From Octopus vulgaris (lineage: Eukaryota), in assembly GCA_951406725.2 (NCBI GenBank), contig OX597826.1:72912001-72976000 (forward strand): a stretch of DNA of 64,000 nucleotides. Direction: 5' to 3'. Below, piece after piece: positions 14,000-27,199 of this stretch. Numbering within the stretch: position 1 is the first letter of the stretch; each line of letters starts with the position of its first letter. Below the pieces are notes generated by a model that worked only from the letters and a program-made list of their open reading frames with translations, was not told the DNA's origin and did not search any database. Position numbers and translations under genes: made by a program.

Positions 14000-14682
14000 G
14001 GAAGTTACGGCGGTAGTCGTCGCAGACCTTCTGAGACTGGCGACATCAGAAAGGTTGTATGTAATCATTCGAGAATTTCTGCGATTCACCTCAGCATCCA
14101 CAGTGAACTTCTCGTCCACAAACACGAGAGTTTTCCCTGCACCTTGATGCTTGATGAATGACAGAAGCTTTGGGCACCTCTCGGCTCTGACTGCTTTGGA
14201 CTTGGCTGTTAGGCGGTGACGGCGCTCGTCGAGCATAGCTAGTCATGCCAAGGTCCTTGTTCACAGCCATGGACTCCGATGAAAGGGACACATTGCGTTT
14301 TTTTTTGTTTTTGCAAGAGTTGTCATGGTCGTGGATGGGTTGGCTTCAAGCGAGTGTTTGAAGCCAGCGAGAAACTTTAGATTGTGCTTGGAATCACTTC
14401 GAGTCTTGAGTTCTTTTCTGTCAATCTTTCTCTCTTCTTTAAATTGTTTATACACACGACAAACTGTAAGAAATTTCGTCAACTTATCAATTTTATTGGC
14501 AGTGTTCCCGGCACGAGCCAAAACAGCAATGTTTTATCACTTTCTGATGTTCAATCAGTTCACTATTTACATGGAAAATAAAGAGGAGGATTAGATTTTC
14601 AGTCAAACAAGGTTTTGTCAAAAAATGAAGTGTTAAACCCACTAAGCCAAATGCTTAAAATTGGTTTCAATTTATCTGCAAG

Positions 14683-14686
<4 letters not shown>
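14000..14686 (-). pseudogene. Truncated Tc1/mariner element (5' half)
   Basis: Frameshifted HTH-like region and LVFVDEKFTVDAEVNRRNSR first-Asp motif; begins at a TA run. Confidence 0.7.
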
Positions 14687-14724
<38 letters not shown>

Positions 14725-14930
14725 AATGTATATATAATACAAATAAGAAAATGGAGAAATAAATTTAGTTTGTTCATCAACTAACGGATATTATAATGTT
14801 AGATTATTTATTCATTTTACAAATGAGAAAATTGGAAGCATACAAAATATTATATAAATCAATAGATAAGATAATAATACAAATACAGATTTTAAAAGTC
14901 ATATTATAGATTATTGAAATCCAGAAATTA

Positions 14931-15070
14931 CTTCTTACAGCTGTTTCAGCCTATGGTCTAAAGTGAATCTAATTTTCATTGTCTACAGATGTCAACATAC
15001 TAGGGTTGTAGGCATTTAAAAAATATATAATACTTATATGTTAAAAGAACCATAGGCCTCGTCAGAGGTT
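14931..15070 (-). ncRNA. Minimal type-I hammerhead ribozyme motif (PLE-type)
   Basis: CTGACGA-GGCCTATGGT...ACCATAGGCT-GAAA-CAGCTG-TA; stem I weak. Confidence 0.7.
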
Positions 15071-15153
15071 ATAATTAACTATAAAATATAATAATAATAT
15101 TAATATACTAAACATCCCATAGTGGGTTACACCAATAACCCTTATCTTACTTT

Positions 15154-15194
<41 letters not shown>

Positions 15195-15405
15195 TGAAAT
15201 AGAAAGATGAATAATCTTGTTGCAGATTAATCAAAAGTTTAACCGATACCTTGGTAGCAAAAATCACAGCAGAAGACAGCACGGTTGGAGGTACAACCAT
15301 ATGGTGTTGCAACCGTGCGTTGGTGCGGATAATTGAATTTTAATATTATTAGTGAATTGAAGAAATGGAGTTGAACGAAGATTGAACAGAAATCGTTTTA
15401 TTGCA

Positions 15406-15485
15406 TTCTACACGTGTTTCGAAAGGCACAATTTACCAAATTCCGATTGAATAAGGAGACCATATTGTGTTTTTCTCTTCAGGAA
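15406..15485 (-). ncRNA. Hammerhead ribozyme motif (left arm of palindrome)
   Basis: ttc-CTGAAGA-stem II-GAAA-CACGTG-TA-gaa. Confidence 0.75.
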
Positions 15486-15642
15486 GAAATAGGAAATCCG
15501 TTGGAAAAAACAAAAACAGAACAGAGGCGGAGCAAAACAAATCTCTTAAGAGCCTCGTTCGATTGGTGAACAAGAGCCTCGTTCGATTTGTTTTGCTCCG
15601 CCTCTGTTCTGTTTTTGTTTTTTCCAACGGATTTCCTATTTC

Positions 15643-15722
15643 TTCCTGAAGAGAAAGACACAATATGGTCTCCTTATTCAATCGGAATTTGGTAAATTGT
15701 GCCTTTCGAAACACGTGTAGAA
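15643..15722 (+). ncRNA. Hammerhead ribozyme motif (right arm of palindrome)
   Basis: ttc-CTGAAGA-GAAAGACACAAT...ATTGTGCCTTTC-GAAA-CACGTG-TA-gaa. Confidence 0.78.
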
Positions 15723-15777
15723 TGCAATAAAACGATTTCTGTTCAATCTTCGTTCAACTCCATTTCTTCAATTCACT

Positions 15778-15836
<59 letters not shown>

Positions 15837-15974
15837 TGTATCTACCAATTTATCGGATGTTGTTACACATTGCTGGCCACAATGCGCTTCCTCCCAGAGT
15901 TCTGTTTTAGCTTTCGAATGATGCCACTGCTGGCTAGGTGGGCCAATATCCAGTATTCCTGAATGGAAGGCCAT

Positions 15975-16128
15975 TCCGTCGCAGAGTTACCCATTTTCAG
16001 CTGAATGGACTGGAGTAACGTATAATGAGGTGTTTTGCCGAAAAACAACACACCGCCGGTCTGGGAATCGAAACCACGATCTTGCGGTCGCGTGTGCGAC
16101 ACCTTGACCATTAGGCCACATGCCTTCA
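15975..16128 (-). mobile_element. SINE family B head
   Basis: TGGCCTAATGGTCAAGG / GGTTTCGATTCCC on the minus strand. Confidence 0.7.
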
Positions 16129-16299
16129 CACACACGCACGCGCACACATACACACACTCAGAGTGGATTCTTTCTTCGGCTTCGACGTCTGGGTTTTACA
16201 TTCAATATTGAAACCGTTGAAGAACCAAGGCAGATGATTTGTTTTCAGCAGTGAAGGATTATGTAGGACCATTCATACTTTTGAGAAATGCTGCTAGTA

Positions 16300-17256
16300 G
16301 AATGTTGGCGCAAATATTTGCCAAAAGCTCAATGAACGACGTGGATGGAAAGCATTCAGCATACAAAAAAGACTATGCATGGGCATGTTGCCCGGAAGCT
16401 TGAGGAAGACTGTAGAATTGACACGAAGCACAGCCTTTCTTGGACACAAGGCTACTACATTACATCACACTTTGAAGGCTATGCGTTTGCAATCCAGGAA
16501 TCAGAGATTGCCACAAAGTACCTGGTGAACAAGAGAGACAATGACGCTCTTGTAATCCCAAGGTGCAACCGCATGTGTAGGTTATATGATATTTCTGTGG
16601 AAGACATCAGGCATGTGATTAGCAGCTGTCCTAAAATGTCGTCACGGAACTACCTCCCTTTGCGGCACTATGTTGTCACTAAAAGAATTTACAAAGCCAT
16701 CCGCAAGAAAGACTGTCATGAAATAAACTTAGAAAATCCCTCTGTTATGGAACACATTCATAAACATCAACTCAAGGAATACTGGTGGAATATTCCCATC
16801 AAAACTTCTGTCAAATGTAAACATAATAGGCTGGATATTATCATTTGGGATAGAGGGGCAAAAGTATGTATCGTCATGGAGGTCAGCTGCCCTGCAGATA
16901 TAAATATCTCTTTGAAAATCAAAGAAAAAGAGGATATCTATGGACATCTGCTTCGAAACCTCCAGCTTCTATATCCAGACTTTGAAGTCATATTCATACC
17001 AATGATAATTGGAGCACTAGCTTTTGTTAGTAAATGCTTAAATGAGAATCTGGATAAACTGGGATTTTCAGAAAGAGAAATCGACCGGCTAAGTCGTACA
17101 TTACAAGTACAATCTGTGAGTGGAACAGTAAAAATATGCAAGACATTCTCAAGTTCCAAATGTGAATTTGTCTATGTTAACTACATCCCAAAGATGGAGA
17201 CTTGTTTCTTTGTTGGAAACCGGTTCCCTCCTCAGTGGGAGATTTATAATAATTAA
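16300..17256 (+). mobile_element. R4/Dong/NeSL-type non-LTR retrotransposon 3' part (CCHC knuckle + restriction-like endonuclease)
   Basis: AIQE..CRL..EDIRHVISSC..RH..HNRLDIIIWD..MEVSCPAD..KEKEDIY. Confidence 0.88.
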
Positions 17257-17547
17257 AATATAGAAGAGACACATATGCATATTACGAACTCGAATATTTG
17301 GCGTAGGAGACTATTCATCGAAAATACGATGAATACCATCTCCAACTTTGGAGCCACAACTATCGGCCTTGTTAAATATCTGGTTAATCTTCAGATGAAT
17401 TAACTGAGGGAGACTTTTATTCACGATCGTAGTGATTTTCGACTGAAACTTGAACTTAGCATGCAGAGAGTTACTACAAACAACATGGCTGGACACAACA
17501 TCAACAACACAATCGAGGAACAGCTCAAAATCAACAGGTAATCAATA

Positions 17548-17950
17548 GGCGCAGGAGTGGCTGTGTGGTAAGTAGCTTGCTAACCAGCCACATGGTTCCG
17601 GGTTCAGTCCCACTGCGTGGCATCTTGGGTAAGTGTCTTCTGCTATAGCCCTGGGCCGACCAATGCCTTGTGAGTGGATTTGGTAGACGGAAACTGAAAG
17701 AAGCCTGTCGTATATATGTATATATATATAAGTGTGTGTGTATATGTTTGTGTGTCTGTGTTTATCCCCCTAGCATTGCTTGACAACCGATGCTGGTGTG
17801 TTTACGTCCCCGTCACTTAGCGGTTCGGCAAAAGAGACCGATAGAATAAGTACTGGGCTTACAAAGAATAAGTCCCGGGGTCGATTTGCTTGACTAAAGG
17901 CGGTGCTCCAGCATGGCCACAGTCAAATGACTGAAACAAGTAAAAGAGAA
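17548..17950 (+). mobile_element. Full-length tRNA-derived SINE (family A)
   Basis: TGGCTGTGTGGTAAG A box, GGTTCAGTCCC B box, internal TA/TG run; several copies in the window. Confidence 0.88.
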
Positions 17951-18448
17951 AGAGAAAGAGGTAGACAGATTCTTTCTAGTTGTAGTTATAGAAGAAACCG
18001 TAATTCCAAAACTCATTTCTCTTAGAGTTATGAATTGAATACTGATTTATTTAACTGCTTGAAAAAAAAAAAAAGAAAAGAAAAGAGAACCAAAACCCCG
18101 CTGTTGGTTATATGAATCGCTTGAAATCAAATTGGGATGATCTGCATCCAGAATTAAATCATTTTACTGCGAAGCAACTACGCCAACAAACATTTGTAGA
18201 ACATAGAAAGAAGGTTAGTGTGACTGTAATTTTATTAAAAAAATTGAAATTAACCTTCTTCCCAACTCTATAAACAAAAACGAAAACGTGAATGATATAA
18301 GACCACCACGTGATATCGCAGCTAGCGACATTCCAACAGATTCCGTTGTGCCTGTCAGCCAGCCACGCGACATTACTGGTTAAAGTAACTGACCACTGTC
18401 CCCTTACTACGACTATGGTAAACAGCAGATACAACCACAACGATTATT

Positions 18449-18499
<51 letters not shown>

Positions 18500-18524
18500 A
18501 GGATTATATACTAGTGAAAAATGT

Positions 18525-19262
18525 CCTTATTTAAATTTTCCGAGAAAAAAATAACCACCAGGTACGGTATCAAAAGATTTTAGCGAAATTGGTGATGAGT
18601 ATTTACAGCAGTTTGATGAACACACATTCTAGCAGACTGACGCCTCTCAGTATGCTCTGGCTACGACTGCAAAGCAGTACATGAATGTCATTCAATAAAT
18701 AATAAAAACAACAAAGGAAGCACCATCATGGGCTTTGAAGACAGAGAAAAAGATAACTGGTTTACGGAAGACCATCAGTCATGTAATGGTGCTTATTGCA
18801 TGCAAACAAGCAAATCATTACACATCCCACCAAAGGAAGATAAAAATGGAGATAGAATGATGTTTGGAAACGGTTAAAAGAGGACACTCACTTGCAAACT
18901 GATTACCTTCAAGCGGGAGCTCAAAGCTGTCAGTGAAAATCTCCGACATCAGAAGAGAATTTCCGAGAGAAGAACAATAAGCAAAAAATTTAACTGCAAC
19001 CAGGCAGTAGTATACGGAGATATGAAAGGAGGAGCAGTGAACATCACAGAAGCTCTTTCATGAGAAGACCATAGACTCCTTCTGAAGGAAAATCAAGAAT
19101 GAACAGAAGAAGTTTAACCAAGATGCTCTGTGGCTTGAAGAAATCCGAAGTTATTGCTTCTGCGTTTCACCCAAGGCACTCTTGCAACTGTGATCCAGGA
19201 TGGAAAAGCATCTGGAAGAGACTTGATTGTTGGATATTGGTACAAGAGGCTAATCTTCTACC
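18525..19262 (+). pseudogene. Degraded N-terminal ORF region of an R4-type LINE
   Basis: PSWALKTEKKITGLRKTIS and LIVGYWYKRL motifs across frameshifts. Confidence 0.55.
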
Positions 19263-19978
19263 AACCATATCTTCACAATTAAAACTAGTTTTACTTGTGC
19301 CTCTGAGAACCTAATTTATGTAATCACCTGCTCGGGCTGTGGACACAACTATATTGCACAAATGAGTATGACCTTGAGAAAGAGAATCACTCTACATAAA
19401 GAGCAAATTCGTTTCCCGCAATACAGGCAAATTCCTCTCAGTGAACATATGGAAAAATGTGCAGATAACATCAAACCAAATTTCACAGTCTTCCCCTTCT
19501 ACCAATGCAAAGACACAATCTCCCCACAAGAACGTTTAAATAAAGAAACTTTTTTCATCGAAAGATACAGAACACGTCTTAATATGCACGCATAACCAAC
19601 TTTTATCTTTTTACATATTTCAATTCACGATTACATCACTGTACATAAATCCCCTCACTAAACAAGGCTTTCGAAACTTGTCTTTGTCTGTACATATATA
19701 TTCTCCTCCCATTACCGAAAGCTGAGCAGTTATCTCCCTTACCCACAACAATAACAATAATAACAATAACCATTTACCTCCCTTTATTTATCTACTTGTG
19801 AAGTCATTCACTCGTGAATTTCATCACACACAACATGGACAAAATTTCTACTTAAGAAAAATACATATTCAAATAAGTAAAACATAATATCATGAATAGC
19901 GATAGCGAAACCGGTCGATATATTAAAGATTATATTAAAACTATGTAAGTGTGCGTATTTTCCTTTTTTTAATTTCTT
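19263..19978 (+). mobile_element. Penelope-like element 3' end (GIY-YIG fragment plus pLTR)
   Basis: FTCASENLIYVITCSGCGHNYIAQ..RKRITLH..KETFFIERY; homologous to 45642-46000; ends in (TA)n. Confidence 0.9.
19887..19921 (+). ncRNA. Minimal hammerhead ribozyme, A3:U8 core variant
   Basis: atatc-ATGAATA-GC(GATA)GC-GAAA-CCGG-TC-gatat, in a PLE 3' region. Confidence 0.72.
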
Positions 19979-19995
19979 ATATATATATATATAGT

Positions 19996-20265
19996 GAAGG
20001 CGCATGGCTCAGTGGTCAGAGCGTCGAGCTTACGACCGTGAGGTTGTGAGTTCGAATCCTGGACCGGGTTGCGTGTTGTGTTCTTGAGCAAGACACTTTA
20101 TTTCACGTTGCTCCAGTTCACTTGTGTCAAGCTATATTGGCCTTTGGCTTTCCCTTGGCGTGGAGAGGGGAGGCTGGTATGCATGGGCGACTGCTGGTCT
20201 TCCATAAAACAGCCTTGCCCGGACTTGTACCTCAGAGGGTAACATTCTAGGTGCAATACCATGGT
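19996..20265 (+). mobile_element. SINE family B
   Basis: TGGCTCAGTGGTCAG / GAGTTCGAATCC boxes. Confidence 0.8.
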
Positions 20266-20444
20266 ATTTTATATATATAAAATTAGAAAAAACCCACATT
20301 TTATCAATTCAAAATGAACAATTAAATTAAAAACACCATCTAGAAAATTACATATATTAGAAATATTAAAATTAAAATAGCAATAAAATACCAATGGTTA
20401 AGTAAATTGCAAAAAAATAATAAAAACGTATATAATTGGTAGAA

Positions 20445-20548
20445 TAACGACACGTGTTTCGTAGCTATATTTAAGAAATGATTATAGTAAAAAAATTAAT
20501 AGTAGTAGTAAAATCACTTCGATATAAATATAGCCTCTCATCAGGTTA
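20445..20548 (-). ncRNA. Hammerhead ribozyme motif
   Basis: taac-CTGATGA-GAGGCTATATTTA...TAAATATAGCTAC-GAAA-CACGTG-TC-gtta. Confidence 0.82.
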
Positions 20549-20975
20549 AAAATAAACTAGAATAATAAAATAATTAATAAATATACTTTAATATATATAT
20601 AAATAATACTAAATATACATTAAGTGAAAACTAAAATAATATTACTATAATAAATATTTATTTAAAAATAATATAATTATTTATTTATTAGTTAATTATT
20701 AGGTGATATATTTATTATGTAGTATTAAATTTTAAGATAATTAGGTATTATATTAACTGATATTTAGTCAACTATATTATAGATTGATATATTAAATCTA
20801 TAGATACTACACATGTATATTAATTATATAGTTAGCTTATTTAATGAGTTTGTCTATATTTAAACCATTTCTTATTTTGATTACAATTTAATGACTTGTA
20901 CTAGCATTGTGTATATTAATTAATTCTAAAGTATTTAATAATTTAAGTATTGTTTTAGTTTTCACTTAATGTATA

Positions 20976-21056
<81 letters not shown>

Positions 21057-21094
21057 GTATATTTATTAATTATTTTATTATTCTAGTTTATTTT

Positions 21095-21196
21095 TAACCT
21101 GATGAGTGGCTATATTTATAACGAAGTGATTTTACTACTACTATTAATTTTTTTACTATAATCATTTCTTAAATATAGCTACGAAACATGTCGTTA
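21095..21196 (+). ncRNA. Hammerhead ribozyme motif (inverted partner of 20445-20548)
   Basis: taac-CTGATGA-GTGGCTATATTTA...TAAATATAGCTAC-GAAA-CATG-TC-gtta. Confidence 0.8.
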
Positions 21197-21447
21197 TTCT
21201 ACCAATTATATACGTTTTTATTATTTTTTTGCAATTTACTTAATCATTGGTATTTTATTCTTATTTTAATTTAAATATTTCTATTATATGTAATTTTCTT
21301 GATGGTGTAATTCAATTGTTTATTTTGAATTGATGAAAGGTGGTTTTTTCTAATTTTATATATATATGTATTATATTGTGCGAAATTTGACTGAGTATTT
21401 CTAAATTGAATTTTCTCCCTATAAGTTAGGATTAATATTCCCTCAAA

Positions 21448-21505
<58 letters not shown>

Positions 21506-21705
21506 GCTTCATAATTAATATAACGCGTCCATAATTAATCGAAGACTGATTTCATTATTTTTCTTCTTTTTACCTATGTGAGTTACAAATATTGTTATCT
21601 GTAGAGACATATTTTGTAAGAAAAAGAAATAGCGGTCTTTTGGCTGTTATTTCTAAAATTTTCGGTATGTGGTGAAGCAACTTGTTGCTAAACCCTTAGT
21701 TATTG

Positions 21706-21744
<39 letters not shown>

Positions 21745-21747
<3 letters not shown>

Positions 21748-22360
21748 GCCAAAAGAAACTATTACCACCTTAAAATCTCCGAGAATAACCACCACATGAT
21801 AGGCTTGCAAAAGAAAGAAAATGAATCAAAGACTTTCGGTTAACCACATACAAGATCCTGTTCCAAGCTTGAGATAAAAATAAAATATTACCAATTGCTA
21901 TCATCAGCGACGGTATTCCAAAGTATAAATTTACGAGCATCTCAGAATATGCATGCGAGCTGCGACGTCGCATAACTAATAGCCATCCACACTCGTAGAA
22001 ACATACTGCAAAGTAGAATTCACATCTTTCTTTTATACCCACGTGTAGTGTGTCAAGACTTAGTCTACAGTTAATACAATTTCTATCGAGGAGTAAATTT
22101 TTCAACTATTAATTATAATAAAGGGTAAAAATCATTAATGATTTTACCAGGTGGTCAACGTGGAAATAAAACCAACAAAATATTTTATAATTATATACTT
22201 AATTATATCCTAATTATATACCTAATTATATCCTGTTTCAAGAGGATCTTGTGCGCGGTTAACCGAAATTTTTTAATGCATTTTCTTTCTTTTGCTAGCC
22301 TATTATGTGGTGTATTATTCTCCGAGATTTTAAGGTGGTAATAGTGTCTTTTGGCGTCTA
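21745..22360. mobile_element. MITE with long (~125 bp) imperfect TIRs
   Basis: ACGCCAAAAGAAACTATTACCACCTTAAAATCTC... versus ...GAGATTTTAAGGTGGTAATAGTGTCTTTTGGCGT; TA flanks. Confidence 0.75.
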
Positions 22361-22435
22361 TTCTTACAGTGCGTGGTGAGACACATAGCCAATCCGTTGT
22401 TTTTTCGTCATGAAGACATTATTATTATTATTATT

Positions 22436-22504
<69 letters not shown>

Positions 22505-22559
22505 GGTATGACACATCGTTAGCAAATGCCCGAAATTGGAGCAAGGGCACTTTTGTTTT

Positions 22560-23248
22560 GCTATGCATACTAAAATTATCTCCACATTTTTTCCATTTTA
22601 GATGGAGAGTGCTTTCCGTAGTATATGGGCTGTACCCATCAAGGTTATCTTTTGTAGTTCACGGGGAATTGAGTTACCGGGGGAGTTGCTTAATATACCT
22701 CTCAGCTCCCTTCTTTATCATTCCCAACGCACCAATTACTACTGGTATCACAGTAATACTAAGTTTCCACATTTTTGTGATTTCAATTTGCAGATTTCTA
22801 TTGTGAGAAAGCTTTTCGTATTCCTTTCTTGAGACATTTTGATATTGTGGGACAGACATATCTATTAACAGACAAGTTCCTCAGTTGTAGTCCTTGATCA
22901 CAATGTCTGGTCGATTAGAGTCAATTTTTCTGTCTGTTTGTATTGAGAAGTTCCAAAGGATGGTGATGCTGTCACCATTTACTACATCCACTGGATGGTG
23001 CCTGTACCATGGATGTACTGCCCTAGTCTGTCATGTCTGATGAGGTACTCCTTTTCAGCGAGGACTGGGCAGCCAGAAACAACATGGTCAATTGTCACTG
23101 TGAATTTTCCGCAAATTCTGCACGAGGTGTCAGCTCCATCTTCAAGGACGTTTGCATGGTAGTTTCCGGTAGGTAGGCTCTGATCTTGCGCTGCAATAAT
23201 AAAACCTTCTGTTTCCCCTTTGAAATCTGTCCCTTGTAGCCATTGGTG

Positions 23249-23250
<2 letters not shown>
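22560..23250 (-). mobile_element. R4/Dong-type LINE 3' fragment
   Basis: ETEGFIIAAQDQ, CRICG..HVVSGC, NRPDIVI, IPVVIGALG; 5' end abuts (ATT)n. Confidence 0.85.
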
Positions 23251-23319
<69 letters not shown>

Positions 23320-23442
23320 GTCTGTCGCTAAGTTACGAGTTCAAATTCCGCCGAGATCGGGGTCGATAAAATAAGAACTAGTTACACACTGGGGTCGATG
23401 AAATCGACTTAATCCCCTTTACCAAGCTGCCCTTGTGGCAAA

Positions 23443-24152
<710 letters not shown>

Positions 24153-24229
24153 TCATTATATTCATCATTCAGTTCTGTTGCCATTTCTTGCCGAATTTCT
24201 TCCTGGCACGTAGGACAGTGAAATGCACT

Positions 24230-24690
24230 GTATAAATTGTTTGGCCATTAAAATAAACACACCAGATTGTTCATTTACAAAGTAATGTGATAGAGTAGCA
24301 TGTTGTATACCACGTCCTTCGTTTATCCCCAGGTATTTATAGCTTTCTTGTGGGTCAATCTCCTTGGTGGTAATGTCGGTATCTAATTTAATGGAAGCTG
24401 GTTGCTTGAGCTTGCCTTTTATAAAAGTTGCTTTAGCACCCCTATCAACGCCAAAATCCATCCCGATGTCATCGCTGAACTCTTGAACAGCCCAACTAGC
24501 TTTCCGTCATTTCTCGCAAACAGCTTCAGATCGTCCATATAAAACAGATGGTTTACAATAGTATTATACACTTTGAATCCATACATGATGTTACTCAGTT
24601 CGTTTGAGAGTGGGATCAGTGCCATGCAAAAGGGTAATGGGGAGAGGGAGTCACCTTGAAAGATGCCTCGTTTGATGTTGATTTCAGCGT
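24230..24690 (-). mobile_element. R4-type LINE RT fragment
   Basis: RGIFQGDSLSPL, HLFYMDDLKLFA, YKYLGI. Confidence 0.88.
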
Positions 24691-25251
24691 CAGGTAATCA
24701 TTTATTCTTAATGATGTCTCTACGTACATTACTTAATTTCTTTTTTCATCTATGTATCTCTGTACTTCGTTGCCTACTAAGTTTCCCCATAAAGTGTACG
24801 TTTGTACAATAAGGTTATTGTTTGGGTTTAGTTGGGCTGTATAGAAAGCTTTCAACACAACTCTATAATCCTCTCTAGTCCATTATATGTGTTTTGCTTT
24901 AGGTAGTGCTTTTGGTGGTGTCACTACAGGTCTAGGATTAGGGTTGCCTGGTTCTTGTTAAACTGGTAGTTGGTTTTTTTTTTTTGAGAGCTTGTCCTCG
25001 CAGCAGACTTTCAACTCCAGTCTGGTTCCTTACTGGGTAACGCGGTCCTTGTCCCGGGAGATGACCGATTCGGCATGAGTTTTGGTTTGTCATTAAAGCA
25101 TTGACGGTGATAATAGGAGGCGATTCTGTTTGTTCAGGGTTGACTTTTTGACCTGACACCGCTTCCTTGTCCTTCGAATGGATATATTTGTCATATCCTA
25201 GGCTGATAAATTGAAAATCGCCTGTATTTTTTTATGTAGCTATGTTTCCGG

Positions 25252-25530
25252 GCACATTTTTTCACGCTAAGAGTTGCTGAAGCATGGAACAAACTGCCGG
25301 CATCAGTTGTTAGTTGACGGAGCACTGCATCCTTCAAAACTTCCATGCTTTCTGAGATTCGCCAACACTACACCTGATTTTCTCCCCTCCATACACACAC
25401 AAGCATGTATCTGACTCATACATTGTTCGCTTTCCAGACATTTGTACATTACTGCATGTACTTTATATGCACTTTCTGACAAGTTGTGGTGCACCTGAGC
25501 ACTGCATACAATTAATTCATTATTATTATT
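25252..25530 (+). mobile_element. CR1-type LINE 3' end
   Basis: Reverse complement of 10800-11090. Confidence 0.8.
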
Positions 25531-26043
25531 TATAATTGTTTACTGATATTTTAAGCGGTGACTAATTTGCTCCTTTGTATATTCGCTTGTGGGAAATCGC
25601 TTTGCTTTTGTTTGATTGGGCGTCGCTCGTGACACGTGTTTTTCTTTTATTTTCTGTATTTATATGTGTATGTCGTGTTGGCATTATTTATATTGATTGT
25701 AAATATTAGTATGTGCACATTGACGTATGGTCAGTTGCATGTATAGGTAATTATTCAATTTACGTACGTACTGTGTAATTGGTGTGGTTTCCCGGGGTTC
25801 CTGGTGCTGGTTTCGACGTCTGGAGTATTTCGCATTGAGATATCGCGCATTTAAGAAAGAAACTACACTATTTAACAAAAATCTTGCCCATATTTTAAAA
25901 TCCTTTGATTTAACAGAACTTTTCCCCACAGTTGTATCGCGAAGATCTCTTTCCATTGAACCGGTGTTATTGGAATAAGTTTGTTTTTTGGAGAGAGCTC
26001 CTTAGTGTACGTCCAAGCTGTTATTTAGCCCAGAGCTTCTTCC

Positions 26044-26115
<72 letters not shown>

Positions 26116-26170
26116 TATTCTTCTTCTTCTTCTTCTTCTTCTTCTTCTTCTTCTTCTTCTTCTTCTTCTT

Positions 26171-26263
<93 letters not shown>

Positions 26264-26265
26264 TT

Positions 26266-27195
26266 AACTATTCAATGTTTGGTAGACCGAGGCAAATTTC
26301 TACTGCAGCTCCGTGTTGCTGGGGTGTGTGCTCTTTTCTGCTGTTGAGAGTGTGCAAACTCTTCCCGGAACTGTATTATGTTAGCTTTTTTCCTTGAGGT
26401 GTGGTGCTATCTTTGGTTGTGTTACTGTTTGTATTGGGTGTTGAGTGTGTAATGCTGGATGGAGTTTATTTCACTGGCTAAATGTTGTATAGAGTGTGTC
26501 TTGTCTTTGTGGGTTGTCTTATTTAGGATTGATAGTGTCTTGCGTAGGATGTGGGCTGTTCCTAGTAGGGCTATTTTTTGGACAGTGTGTAATTTTGAGG
26601 ATCCAGGTATTGTTTCTACATTTTTGCTCATATGATTTTTTATCATTCCCAATGCTCCAATTATTATTGGTATTGTTTTTGCTTTCATGCCCTACATTTT
26701 TGACTTCTCCACTTTATTTTTTTGACAATATTTTGATCGGTTGGAACTGCAATGTCTATCAGTAAGCAGGTGTTTTTCCCTAATCGTTGACTGTTATGTC
26801 TGGGCGATTAGCTTTTATTTCTTTGTCGGCTTGAACCGGCACATCTCAGATGATTCTGGCCTGATCCTTGTCTTGTACCTTGCTTGGTTCATGCTTATAT
26901 CACCAACTGTCAGTTTTGATGCTGTAATGTTAGATTATTGTCCAGTGGATATAACTGCTTACTTTGCCGTGTCTGTATACATATTCAGACTTGGCAAGGA
27001 CTGGGCAGCCTGAGATGATGTGGTCTATTGTCTCATTGTGCTTGTTGCACATTCAGCTTTTGGCGTTGAGGCCCGTTTTCATTATTTTGTTTTTATAATT
27101 GTTTGTAGTCAGGCATTGGTCTTGTGCAGCGAAAATCAGCCATTACATTTCGGCCTTTGGTCCAGAGCTTTTGAGCCATTGTTGGCTTTTACTTA
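26266..27195 (-). mobile_element. R4/Dong-type LINE 3' part plus UTR
   Basis: IFAAQDQ, ETIDHIISGC, IPIIIGALG, QKIALLGTAHILRK; 3' end abuts (ATT)n. Confidence 0.85.
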
Positions 27196-27199
27196 GCCC

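Noticed and set aside
15433-15714. Mirror-image ORFs on both strands
   Set aside because: A consequence of the palindrome, not protein-coding
17548-17620. tRNA genes (also ~19996, ~31540, ~42140)
   Set aside because: A/B boxes are SINE heads that continue into SINE bodies; no full cloverleaf
25625-25740. AAAACACGTGTC hammerhead-like half-site on the minus strand
   Set aside because: No matching CTGANGA core or stem I found
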